Source of the DNA: a virus
Lineage: Duplodnaviria; Caudoviricetes
Reading direction: 5' to 3' (one strand)
IMG/VR virus record: IMGVR_UViG_3300006916_000006
Span: 1 to 51,915 of that record
DNA: 51,915 bases
Shown piece by piece: positions 37,983 to 46,285 of this stretch (its first letter is position 1; each line of letters begins with the position of its first letter). The notes under the pieces are model-generated. The model saw nothing but the letters and a program-made list of their open reading frames with translations, was not told where the DNA came from and searched no databases. Both the position numbers and the translations under genes were made by a program.

Positions 37983-38066
37983 ATGGACTGTTTTTGGGGT
38001 GCATTTTTTGCTATACTGGCTTGGAAGGTAATCGCCTTCTTGTGGGAGATTTATTACCATGGCTGA
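37983..38066 (+). CDS. 27-aa hydrophobic peptide (not in ORF track)
   Basis: GGGGG RBS; MDCFWGAFFAILAWKVIAFLWEIYYHG. Confidence 0.45.
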   Translation: MDCFWGAFFAILAWKVIAFLWEIYYHG

Positions 38067-38376
38067 TATTCTTAAGTTCCAGAACGCCAATCAGTTAAGG
38101 GATAATGATTCCTTAGAGCGCGAATTAAGCGAGGCAAGGCAGCTGATCGTTGCGTTAAATACCATGCTGTTAGAACAGCAATCCGTGGCTGATGTTTTCT
38201 GCAATGGTTACAAAGAACTTGAACAAGCCGTGAAGTTGCTTGAACAGGATCGAAAGCACTCCATGGAGCGGTTTATGTTTGAGCAAAAGCGTAACGTGCA
38301 TTTAATGGAAAAGCTCGATGCCTTAGAGTGGAAATATAAAGAGGCAATGCGCTGGCGATATGAGGGGGCTGATTAA
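38059..38376 (+). CDS. hypothetical coiled-coil protein
   Basis: 105 aa, GGAG RBS. Confidence 0.7.
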   Translation: MADILKFQNANQLRDNDSLERELSEARQLIVALNTMLLEQQSVADVFCNGYKELEQAVKLLEQDRKHSMERFMFEQKRNVHLMEKLDALEWKYKEAMRWRYEGAD

Positions 38377-38612
38377 CACCCCCACTTTCCACACACCTTC
38401 TGATCTTTTAGCCTAAAGGGCTTTGGACAGTCTTCACGGTTAAGTTGGTGCCTGTCAAGTTGGCGCATAAGAATGGGGTCATTATCGCGGATATATTCGC
38501 GGGTATCAGAATACCAACTAAAGGTCTCCGATACGTCGCAAAAGTCACCTGTCGTATTTTGACAACCGCTTATCAATGGCAGCATCAGAACTACCATTAG
38601 ACTTGTCAGCAT
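38373..38612 (-). CDS. o-spanin-like lipoprotein
   Basis: Signal peptide and lipobox MLTSLMVVLMLPLISG-C; overlaps the i-spanin 3' end in another frame. Confidence 0.8.
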   Translation of the reverse strand: MLTSLMVVLMLPLISGCQNTTGDFCDVSETFSWYSDTREYIRDNDPILMRQLDRHQLNREDCPKPFRLKDQKVCGKWGC

Positions 38613-38763
38613 TCCGCTTTGCTTTTTGCATTGCTTCAACATATCGCTGCTTATCCTCCAACTCCGCTTTTAACTTGGCATTCTCTTTAATATTGCGGTA
38701 CGCAATATAGCCAACACCCAGTAAAAACAAACCAATCAAGCCGAACGTGTAAAGGTTAGGCAT
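38545..38763 (-). CDS. i-spanin-like protein
   Basis: N-terminal TM helix plus periplasmic coiled coil. Confidence 0.8.
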   Translation of the reverse strand: MPNLYTFGLIGLFLLGVGYIAYRNIKENAKLKAELEDKQRYVEAMQKAKRNADKSNGSSDAAIDKRLSKYDR

Positions 38764-38977
38764 CTTTCTTCTTTGGCAGCACTGTTAGCTTGTCTTTGGC
38801 GGTAAAGCGGCCATACACTGTTAATACAAAGCCAACAACGCCCACTAAGCTGTCAATGAACACCGGAGCTGTTTCAGCAATATCCGCCGGTACAAGATCG
38901 CCAATGCCAAACAAGGCGGCTGCGGATGCTAATGCACCCCACAATGTCTTTGATTTAATAAAGTTCTTAAAATCCAT
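38756..38977 (-). CDS. holin-like two-TM protein
   Basis: KSKTLWG..two hydrophobic helices..VYGRFTA, basic C-terminus; follows the endolysin. Confidence 0.75.
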   Translation of the reverse strand: MDFKNFIKSKTLWGALASAAALFGIGDLVPADIAETAPVFIDSLVGVVGFVLTVYGRFTAKDKLTVLPKKKDA

Positions 38978-38991
38978 AAGGTTTCTCCTCG

Positions 38992-39423
38992 TTAGGTAAT
39001 ATTAACACGTTTTTTCCATTCTTGCACGTCAAAGGAAGGACACGCCTTTCCACTGTCAAGTTCACGATGGCCAACTATCTTTGCCTTCGGGTAGTTTCCA
39101 TGCCAATAGCTTATTAAATCCAGCAGGGCGCTCCACTGCGCGGCTGTGAAGTTGTCTTCTGGCTGACCATGCTCATCTATACCACCAACCATACAAACGG
39201 CTATAGAGCGGCTGTTGTAGCCCTTAACATGCGCTCCGGGTATGCGTTCCCATCTTCCGCGCTCAACGCCACCATTGCGGCGGATAACGGCGTGGTAGCC
39301 TATTTCCCTGAAGCCGCGCTCTTTATGCCAACGGTCAATCTCGTCCTTTCCAATGTCCATATCCGGCGGGGTTGCACTGCAATGGATGACGATGTAATTA
39401 GTTTTGGTGCGCTCAATGGTCAT
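38992..39423 (-). CDS. endolysin, T7-lysozyme-like N-acetylmuramoyl-L-alanine amidase
   Basis: IVIHCSAT, IGYH, GAHVKGYN..SIAVCMVGG, GHREL, KACPSFDV (Zn ligands H/H/C). Confidence 0.95.
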   Translation of the reverse strand: MTIERTKTNYIVIHCSATPPDMDIGKDEIDRWHKERGFREIGYHAVIRRNGGVERGRWERIPGAHVKGYNSRSIAVCMVGGIDEHGQPEDNFTAAQWSALLDLISYWHGNYPKAKIVGHRELDSGKACPSFDVQEWKKRVNIT

Positions 39424-39947
39424 TGTAAATGCTTTAACACCTCCGCGATAATATACGCAATAGAGCCTAATGTGGCTGCAATGGCGGCAATAATGAACTT
39501 CATGTTATCCTTTACCACCTCCCACAATACGGAGCCTAGTTTTGGGCGCTTGGAGGGGTAATGATCCTCCCTTGGTGGTGCAATTTCAGTCACGCCCGCC
39601 ACCTGTGACAAGAAAAAGGCAAAGCTATTATCCTGATTTACCTTTGTCACTTTCAACTTAATCTTAACAATGCGCCCTAACTTAGTGATGTAGCGCTTAT
39701 ACATGATATAACTTTCGCGCTTGCCTGTGGCCACTTCCATGGCCATTTGCTCATCCGCCTTTAAATCATCGGGATGTGTAATATCCTGCCAGCGCTTGCC
39801 CTGCAATTCAACCTCGGCATATTCTGTTATGTTGCAAAAGGTTGGGTTTGCCTCCAGAAAGGTGCCATCTTGCGCCACAACGGCGGCACCGGTCAGGCTT
39901 TCTTCCCACAGCGCCTTCATAAAACCTGGGTCGCTGCGATAGGCCAT
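39420..39947 (-). CDS. PAS-domain protein with C-terminal transmembrane helix
   Basis: GAAVVAQDGTFLEANPTFCNITEYAEVELQGKRWQDITHPDDL..G..SY..YKRYITKLG is a PAS/PAC pattern; FIIAAIAATLGSIAYIIAEVL TM. Confidence 0.88.
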   Translation of the reverse strand: MAYRSDPGFMKALWEESLTGAAVVAQDGTFLEANPTFCNITEYAEVELQGKRWQDITHPDDLKADEQMAMEVATGKRESYIMYKRYITKLGRIVKIKLKVTKVNQDNSFAFFLSQVAGVTEIAPPREDHYPSKRPKLGSVLWEVVKDNMKFIIAAIAATLGSIAYIIAEVLKHLQ

Positions 39948-40330
39948 TACGGCGTCTCTAGTTTAATTTGCATCATAATCCAAACGCAACCAAGCGTTAT
40001 TCCAACTATGGATGCTCCACTAACAAACCACGCAATAAAGCGAATATACCACCGCCTGCAATTCATCTTATCCAGCAACGCCGCAAGTTGCGTCACCTTT
40101 GCATCCAGCGATCTAACCTTTTTATCCATGCTTTTTAGCTTTTCATCAGAAACAAGGCGCTGGGCGCGTATTTCTTCCATCTCTTCGCGTATCTCATTTA
40201 AAAGATCAATCAGGCCGTGCCTCGCCTGCTGGGCTTCCCGGCATTGATGCTCAAGAAGTTCTTGCGATACTTTCTGCCGCTCCTCGATGCGCTTAACCCC
40301 TTCAGCGATTTCTTTAAGGTCATTAGACAT
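39947..40330 (-). CDS. coiled-coil protein with C-terminal TM (holin/anti-holin-like)
   Basis: Long heptad region then FIAWFVSGASIVGITLGCVWIMM; TAATG coupling to the PAS gene. Confidence 0.7.
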   Translation of the reverse strand: MSNDLKEIAEGVKRIEERQKVSQELLEHQCREAQQARHGLIDLLNEIREEMEEIRAQRLVSDEKLKSMDKKVRSLDAKVTQLAALLDKMNCRRWYIRFIAWFVSGASIVGITLGCVWIMMQIKLETP

Positions 40331-40946
40331 ACGCCGCCACCATACCAACACACAGGCCGCTAAGCAATTCAGATACGTTCACCGCTAGCTTGTCGCTATC
40401 CTTGCGCCAGAATAGCCCTGCAAAGCGATAGGATGCACCAAAGGCAACCGCTAACAGGGGCAGCACAAGAACAAGGAGGGGGTTAGAAAAATACGCCCCC
40501 ACGGCCACCAATGGTGCAAATCGTACCAATGCGTCAAAGGTCATCCATATCTGGCCATATAAACGCATGGAAGAGGGTTTATCAGGGTTCGGAGTCCCGT
40601 CAGTAATCTTCTTATATACCCACTGTGCAGGGCGGTCTTTCCACCATTTCTGCCCCTTAGGGGATTCGTAAACATCGTTGCCCAGCTCGTTACCATGAAT
40701 GGCCAGAAAACCCCTGCCCCATCCAAAGGCAACCGCCCAGCATAAAGCCACAGCTAAGGCCACGCTATGCTGCCATATATCCGTTAGGAACAGGTAGTGT
40801 AGCCCTGCCATGTATAGCGCATAAGGATACTTGCCTGTAATCCAATCCAGCCACTTTGGAGCGCCGTAATCAGAATAGGTAATGCCCCGCATATAGCGCC
40901 ACAGCAGGCCGAAGATGATAGCATAGGTGGCTTGGGACAGAATCAT
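40323..40946 (-). CDS. multi-pass membrane protein
   Basis: 207 aa with several hydrophobic segments, Trp/Gly-rich. Confidence 0.75.
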   Translation of the reverse strand: MILSQATYAIIFGLLWRYMRGITYSDYGAPKWLDWITGKYPYALYMAGLHYLFLTDIWQHSVALAVALCWAVAFGWGRGFLAIHGNELGNDVYESPKGQKWWKDRPAQWVYKKITDGTPNPDKPSSMRLYGQIWMTFDALVRFAPLVAVGAYFSNPLLVLVLPLLAVAFGASYRFAGLFWRKDSDKLAVNVSELLSGLCVGMVAAYV

Positions 40947-41725
40947 TACGCCGCCGTAACAGAAAGTTGGCCGCTGTTTACCGTAAAGGCATTGCCTGAT
41001 GTTACGGTCACGCTGGAGTCTAATGCGCCATGAATAAGGCGATTCCCAGATGATGCCGCATCCTGAATGGCGAAGTGGGTTGCGGCAGTCCAGTTACCCG
41101 TCGCTGTCGGGAATGTAATGGTTACATCGTTTGAAATAGAACCGCTTGATGCTGTGCCAAACGAGGCAGAAACATCGGTACGGGCATATGCATTGCCTGT
41201 CAGCTCAGTGCCGCCCGTTGTGTCATTCGTAGCATCAGAATACAGCGCCATGTAAAGGGAGGGGCTGGTATAGGTTGCACCTGCAAATACATGGTCAAGC
41301 AGCTCATTGGCAAGGTAGTCAGCGCATTCCCCCGCCGTGAAAGCGATGGTTAATTCTCCGATTGCAATGTTGGCGACTTCCCCGTCACCAACCGCCTTTC
41401 CGGTGTCAAACGCCCCGTAAACAAGCAGGTTTCCAGATGTGGATGCGTCAAAGATACCCCAGTGCGTTACTGTACCCCATGAACCTCCGGACGCTGCTAC
41501 CGTTGTGATTGCGACGTCATTAGCGATGGTGCGACTTGCTGCTGTACCAAAGGCGCTTGAAATATCCGTTCTGGCGTATCCATTACCAGAAACAGCCGTA
41601 CCGCCACCCGCATCGTTTGGCGTGGCCGTGTAAAGCTGTAAATACAGGCTAGGGCTTGTGTACGCCGCGCCCGCAAAGACGTGATCTAGCAGCTCATTTT
41701 CTAAATAATCTGACATTTGTGACAT
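40946..41725 (-). CDS. virion fibre-associated protein with tandem duplicated domain
   Basis: Two copies of DYLxNELLDHVFAGAxYTSPSLY..GNxYARTD..FGTA..THxxIxDAxxSGN. Confidence 0.8.
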   Translation of the reverse strand: MSQMSDYLENELLDHVFAGAAYTSPSLYLQLYTATPNDAGGGTAVSGNGYARTDISSAFGTAASRTIANDVAITTVAASGGSWGTVTHWGIFDASTSGNLLVYGAFDTGKAVGDGEVANIAIGELTIAFTAGECADYLANELLDHVFAGATYTSPSLYMALYSDATNDTTGGTELTGNAYARTDVSASFGTASSGSISNDVTITFPTATGNWTAATHFAIQDAASSGNRLIHGALDSSVTVTSGNAFTVNSGQLSVTAA

Positions 41726-41734
41726 GATAATCTC

Positions 41735-43402
41735 CTATACGATTGATACGCCGTTATTGTTAGTCCAAGCCGATACACCGATAACCTCGTCATCATTAAC
41801 GTTGCTTGATGCTGAAATTGCAGAAATACACCCTGTTAATCCAGCCATTGTTGAGGCCGATGCCTGTGCGCTACCCGTCCAGACAGAGGATGCCGGGAAG
41901 TCTTGGTTTAAGAAAATAGCGGGTGTCTTCATGGTGCCGTCAAAGAAGCCATCTTCAGTATCGTTGTTTCCGAGGTTGTAATCATCAGAAACCCCGGTGT
42001 TTACCGTCAGACTTGTTGGTACGGAACCACCGCCTACGGATGTTCCGGTGTCTCCATTCATATACACCTTAACCCGGTCAACAGAGGACGCCTGCGTGCC
42101 GTCATAGGCAACGGCAACATAAATAGGTGTGTTAGCCCCGACAGTCTCAATAATAGAGCCGTTCTGGCCATATTCAGTGCCATTATGGCGGAAGTTAATC
42201 TGAACTGCGTCATTTACCGAATAGCGCTGGACGGCAACCTCAATCGCATTAGTAACCCCCGCGCCCGTTGGTGGCCCGAATATACCACGCACTGAATCAG
42301 CCGTCTCAAAGCCAATGGTAAAGGCAATCGCAAACTTGGTGACGGTAATGGTGCTGTTGGTTGTGTCAAACAGATCACGCGCACCGATAGAAAGCGTCTG
42401 GCTGCTGGTTGACTCAAAGTCCATCGTTCCGTCGACCGCTGGCGTCACTTGCGTGGCATTGCATGAATTGGTCATGGCAACCGTGGCATCTGCCCCTGTA
42501 AAGTTGACAGCCTGCGTGGCGTTGCATGAATTGGTGATAGCAACACTAGCAACCGTTCCCGATAGCAAGATTGACTGAGTAGCGGTCAAGGAGTTCGTCA
42601 GGGCAAGGGTGGAATCTGCACCCGTGAAGAAGACACGGTTTGTTCCCCACTTGTTAATCAGATAGGTATGAATTGCCGCCGCCTCTCCATCCGTTACATA
42701 GCGGTCATAAATTAAAACCTCACCGATGCGCCCATTAGTGTATGTGCTTACTACGCCGTTAGAATCCCTTGCGCCTAGCGCCAACACATCCACTGTGGTC
42801 TGCCCAACATCAATAGAGGCTGTGTTTAGGTCAGCGCCGTCAAGGCGTGTTGTTGCGGAGGTGCCAGCCGCGTTAGTTCTGAAAGAGAATACATGGGGCG
42901 TTGTGTCCGTAGTTCCGCCAATCGGGCCAATAGCACTGCCACCTGCGTCTTCACGCTTAATGTAGGCATATTGCGTGGCTGTTTGACGCAAGATCATTAA
43001 AGAGTCTGCATCGGCGGAGTTACCCCACACAAGTAAGTCGTTATTTTGCAAGGTGTCCATCTCACACACCATAAATGCCGCCATAGGTGTGTCATCACCG
43101 CTAAACAGGGATGCAAGGCTGTTGACGTTCATCACATCTGAGCCAGTGAAGTCAATGGCGGGGTTGCCGTCCATGCCAGCGGCTTGGTAGGTCGGTCTAT
43201 CAGCTCCTGAAGATGTGAATGAGGCGCTGCCATAACGAGATGCCCACGCGCTCACCAAGTCACTGCCATCCTTAGTGATGGTGGAAAGTTCTGTTGCATC
43301 GACCCACAGCCGCAGCCCCTCTGCGGGGTACGCGGGCGGCAAAACACTTGCGGAACCCAGGATTGAGGCCACACTCGTAGGGCTGAATCCCAGCCCCAAC
43401 AT
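41735..43402 (-). CDS. head fibre protein with LamG/concanavalin-like domains
   Basis: MLGLGFS start coupled (TAATG) to the spike base; LRLWVDA..VSAW..GRIGEVLIYDR..YLINKWG. Confidence 0.75.
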   Translation of the reverse strand: MLGLGFSPTSVASILGSASVLPPAYPAEGLRLWVDATELSTITKDGSDLVSAWASRYGSASFTSSGADRPTYQAAGMDGNPAIDFTGSDVMNVNSLASLFSGDDTPMAAFMVCEMDTLQNNDLLVWGNSADADSLMILRQTATQYAYIKREDAGGSAIGPIGGTTDTTPHVFSFRTNAAGTSATTRLDGADLNTASIDVGQTTVDVLALGARDSNGVVSTYTNGRIGEVLIYDRYVTDGEAAAIHTYLINKWGTNRVFFTGADSTLALTNSLTATQSILLSGTVASVAITNSCNATQAVNFTGADATVAMTNSCNATQVTPAVDGTMDFESTSSQTLSIGARDLFDTTNSTITVTKFAIAFTIGFETADSVRGIFGPPTGAGVTNAIEVAVQRYSVNDAVQINFRHNGTEYGQNGSIIETVGANTPIYVAVAYDGTQASSVDRVKVYMNGDTGTSVGGGSVPTSLTVNTGVSDDYNLGNNDTEDGFFDGTMKTPAIFLNQDFPASSVWTGSAQASASTMAGLTGCISAISASSNVNDDEVIGVSAWTNNNGVSIV

Positions 43403-43665
43403 TAGTATGCTCCAAAGATGCCGGTAGCTGCCGTACCTGTTGAGTAGATGCGCGTAGCACGAATTGGATGCCAACCGGCAGTTAGGTTCATTGTGACTGT
43501 ATCGCCGCCCACAGTATCTAACTTAACATCACCCGCGACCTCGACATAAAGGGCGCGGGTGGCATTTGTTAAATCCACAGTGTCGCTTTTGGCCGCATCT
43601 GCGTCGAATAGATGTTCGCAGGGGGACTCAAGGCCAGCGCGGTAGCTTTCAAATGAATCAGCCAT
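43402..43665 (-). CDS. head spike base protein (RcGTA Rcc01079-like)
   Basis: GLESP..DLTNATRALYV..GD..GDTVT..AG.HPIRATRIYSTGTAATGI. Confidence 0.85.
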   Translation of the reverse strand: MADSFESYRAGLESPCEHLFDADAAKSDTVDLTNATRALYVEVAGDVKLDTVGGDTVTMNLTAGWHPIRATRIYSTGTAATGIFGAY

Positions 43666-43667
43666 TA

Positions 43668-44126
43668 TTATGCACCATACGCAGTGATTGCATCAGAAAC
43701 CACGATTTCTCCGGTTGTTGGGCAAGTCGCCGCAACATAGAAACCTGTGTTTCCGGTATCTGTGATTTCCAGAATGAACGTACCATCAGTTTTGGTCTGA
43801 GCGATGATGTGCTTCTTCGCTGTCAGAGCTGTCAGAACTGTGCCAGAAGCAGTTTTAGCCGTAACCGTACCAGAAGCCGTTGTTCCCGTAATACCAAGAC
43901 CCGTAGCTGCGTCAGATAGCCAGATTTCAACATTCATAGCACGCTCAAGAGCATTACCTGCGCCGTCCAAAAGTTGCAGTGTGACTTCGGCTACGTTTGC
44001 CCCGCCAGCAGCTTGCGCGAAGCTGATGGAGTTGGGGGTCAGTTTGCTGTTGAGGAACAGAGCGTTGGCTGTGCCACCCCCTGCCTGGGCAAATCCGTTG
44101 TTTGTGTTGTAAGTTGAGTATGCCAT
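43668..44126 (-). CDS. putative minor head/structural protein
   Basis: 152 aa, Ala/Thr/Gly-rich, GGAG RBS. Confidence 0.65.
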   Translation of the reverse strand: MAYSTYNTNNGFAQAGGGTANALFLNSKLTPNSISFAQAAGGANVAEVTLQLLDGAGNALERAMNVEIWLSDAATGLGITGTTASGTVTAKTASGTVLTALTAKKHIIAQTKTDGTFILEITDTGNTGFYVAATCPTTGEIVVSDAITAYGA

Positions 44127-44169
44127 GATGAGAGTCTCCGTGGTGAGTTTCTGTTAATGTTGTACCAGA

Positions 44170-44508
44170 TTATTCATCCGCTGCCAAGGATGCCTCAATG
44201 GCTTCGATGATGTCGGCTTTCTTTGACGCGCCGGAAAGGTCAATGCCTTCATCGTCAGCGTACACTTTCAGCTCTGCAACTGTCATTGCCTGAAAATCAA
44301 TCTGTGCGGATTCCATTTCGCGCTCAAAAGCGACTTCAAAAGCTGACTTTTTTGGCTCAGTTGTTTCCGGGAGGCAGATATAACCTTCATCAAACAGAGA
44401 ATCTACATACTGGTCAGGTACTTCTGTGACTTCACCGCGCTTGAAAAGGGCGGGTTTCGCATCGGGTTCGATACGCGCTTTGAAAGTGGTGAGAATTTTT
44501 ACAAGCAT
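44170..44508 (-). CDS. protein with C-terminal HeH/Rho-N-like domain
   Basis: MTVAELKVYADDEGIDLSGASKKADIIEAI; start moved to the ATG after AGGAG. Confidence 0.75.
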   Translation of the reverse strand: MLVKILTTFKARIEPDAKPALFKRGEVTEVPDQYVDSLFDEGYICLPETTEPKKSAFEVAFEREMESAQIDFQAMTVAELKVYADDEGIDLSGASKKADIIEAIEASLAADE

Positions 44509-44575
44509 GAGAGTCTCCTGAATTTTGTAAGTGTGCGCGGGGAGTAACATACCCCCCGCACATCATTTGTCACCG

Positions 44576-44992
44576 TTAGGCAACAGGTGACTCGGATGGG
44601 TGTCCGAGTACAGCAAACGCAGCCAGAGGCGCGTCCCCTGAGTTACCCGCAGGGGTGATGGTCAGGCGCACATAACGCTTGCTGCCAGTGTAACCCAGTT
44701 TACGGGTTGTGTTGTCAGCAGCGAATGTGAAGCTCGCACCTGCTTCTGTGCCGATAAGGTCGCTATCAGCAACCGCAGCAGCGTCAGAAAGGGCGCTGTT
44801 ATCACCTTCTTCCAGCAGCACAGTGAAGGTAGCGTCAGCGTCAGCCAGCGTACCTGTCAGGATGCCGAAAGTCACAGAGCCGTAGCCCTGTGTGTCGATG
44901 ATTTCACTCACCAGCGCGGTATTGTCAGTCGCAACAACAGGGGAAATGCCGCGAACAATCCCAATGTCATTGTAGAGGTCCATATTAGCCAT
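44576..44992 (-). CDS. capsid decoration/cement protein
   Basis: Directly after the MCP; IDTQGY..TVLLEEGD..LSDA..GYTGSKRYVRL. Confidence 0.75.
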   Translation of the reverse strand: MANMDLYNDIGIVRGISPVVATDNTALVSEIIDTQGYGSVTFGILTGTLADADATFTVLLEEGDNSALSDAAAVADSDLIGTEAGASFTFAADNTTRKLGYTGSKRYVRLTITPAGNSGDAPLAAFAVLGHPSESPVA

Positions 44993-45036
44993 GATAAAAT
45001 CTCCTATTTGGCTTAATGGTTAGCTTCAACTGCTTC

Positions 45037-46272
45037 TTAGGAAGCAGCACATTTCAGTTTGACCAGAGCTTCGCCCAGTACAACATCACCGCCTACGCGA
45101 CGACGTACATACATGACTTGCTCATCCGTACCAGCATTGCTGTATGGGTCAACCAGTACAGAAGTACCAATACGGTCAACGATGGTGTATCCGGCGGTGA
45201 AGTCACCAAACACAACAGGATACAGGCCAGCGCCAATATCGTCGAGGTCTGGCATTTCCACAACAGGATAACCCATGAACGTATTTGGCGTACCACCGGA
45301 AAGACTGCCATTCTGCCACAGGTAGTTACCATTACCGTCTTTCAGCTTACGCACGAAAGCGATAGTGGAACGGTTCATGCCGTAAACAGCGCGAGCCGTG
45401 TAACCTGTTTTGATGTCAGAAGCGAGGTCAATCAGGTTGTCAGCGTTGAACGTAGCCGCAAAACCGGACACCGTTTCGAGAATCTGGCTGGATTGCATGA
45501 AACCAAAAGGCTTCTCAATACCATTACCACTCACAAAACCTGCGCCTTCCTGACGAGCCAGTTCTTCACCCGCGTCGTCAACAATCAACTGACGCATATT
45601 CACAAACGCATCTTCCAAATCTTCGTTGGTGATGATGGTTTTTGCGATTTGCTTATGAGCAGTGATTGTGCCACGAGCGTAGGTGCTGTTGCTTGCAGTT
45701 GAAGCGTCGCCTTCACCAACCCAATATGCGGTCACAAGGGTAGAACGCTTAGGGATGTTGATACGCTTGGTGTCAATAGTACGAACACGAGCCAATGCAC
45801 GAACATTGGAAATCTCCGTAATTTTCTTCACCAATTCGCGGTCGTAGGCTTCTGGAACGAGGTATCCACCATCGGTTAGATTGTCAGTACGAAGAGTTTT
45901 TACTTCTTCAGGGGACAAGGCTTCGGATGGGTGAACATTCGTCAGGCGTTGCTTCAGGGCGCGTCCGATAAGGTCGATTTCCTTACGGATGTTTGCTTCT
46001 TTAGCATCGTCGCCGTTCAGTTGAGGGCGGGAAAGCTGAGTTTCAAGGTCAGCCATTTTGCTCTCAAGTTCGTCGATACGTTTTTGCTTCTCAGCCTGTT
46101 CGCGCACGATTGCGTCTGACTTTTCCTGCCAGTTGGCCTGGATTTCGTCAATTTTTGCCACTTTTGCCTTTTCGTCGGCAGTAAGTGCGTTCTTTACACT
46201 CTTTTCAATCAGTTCACGGGACTCTTTCAGAGACGCCTGAACTTCATGGAGTTCTTTTTGGATGTCGGACAT
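45037..46272 (-). CDS. major capsid protein, HK97 fold
   Basis: Coiled-coil delta domain; DGGYLVPE, WVGEG, GNG..KPFG, KLKDGNGNYLW, GYPVV, FGDF. Confidence 0.96.
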   Translation of the reverse strand: MSDIQKELHEVQASLKESRELIEKSVKNALTADEKAKVAKIDEIQANWQEKSDAIVREQAEKQKRIDELESKMADLETQLSRPQLNGDDAKEANIRKEIDLIGRALKQRLTNVHPSEALSPEEVKTLRTDNLTDGGYLVPEAYDRELVKKITEISNVRALARVRTIDTKRINIPKRSTLVTAYWVGEGDASTASNSTYARGTITAHKQIAKTIITNEDLEDAFVNMRQLIVDDAGEELARQEGAGFVSGNGIEKPFGFMQSSQILETVSGFAATFNADNLIDLASDIKTGYTARAVYGMNRSTIAFVRKLKDGNGNYLWQNGSLSGGTPNTFMGYPVVEMPDLDDIGAGLYPVVFGDFTAGYTIVDRIGTSVLVDPYSNAGTDEQVMYVRRRVGGDVVLGEALVKLKCAAS

Positions 46273-46285
46273 GACACTCTCCTGA

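Noticed and set aside
45016-45702. Long antisense ORFs (e.g. 45016..45702, 26742..27389, 15703..16308, 49216..49824, 30690..31838)
   Set aside because: They lie opposite well-supported genes, lack RBSs and recognisable motifs, and are best explained as shadow ORFs.
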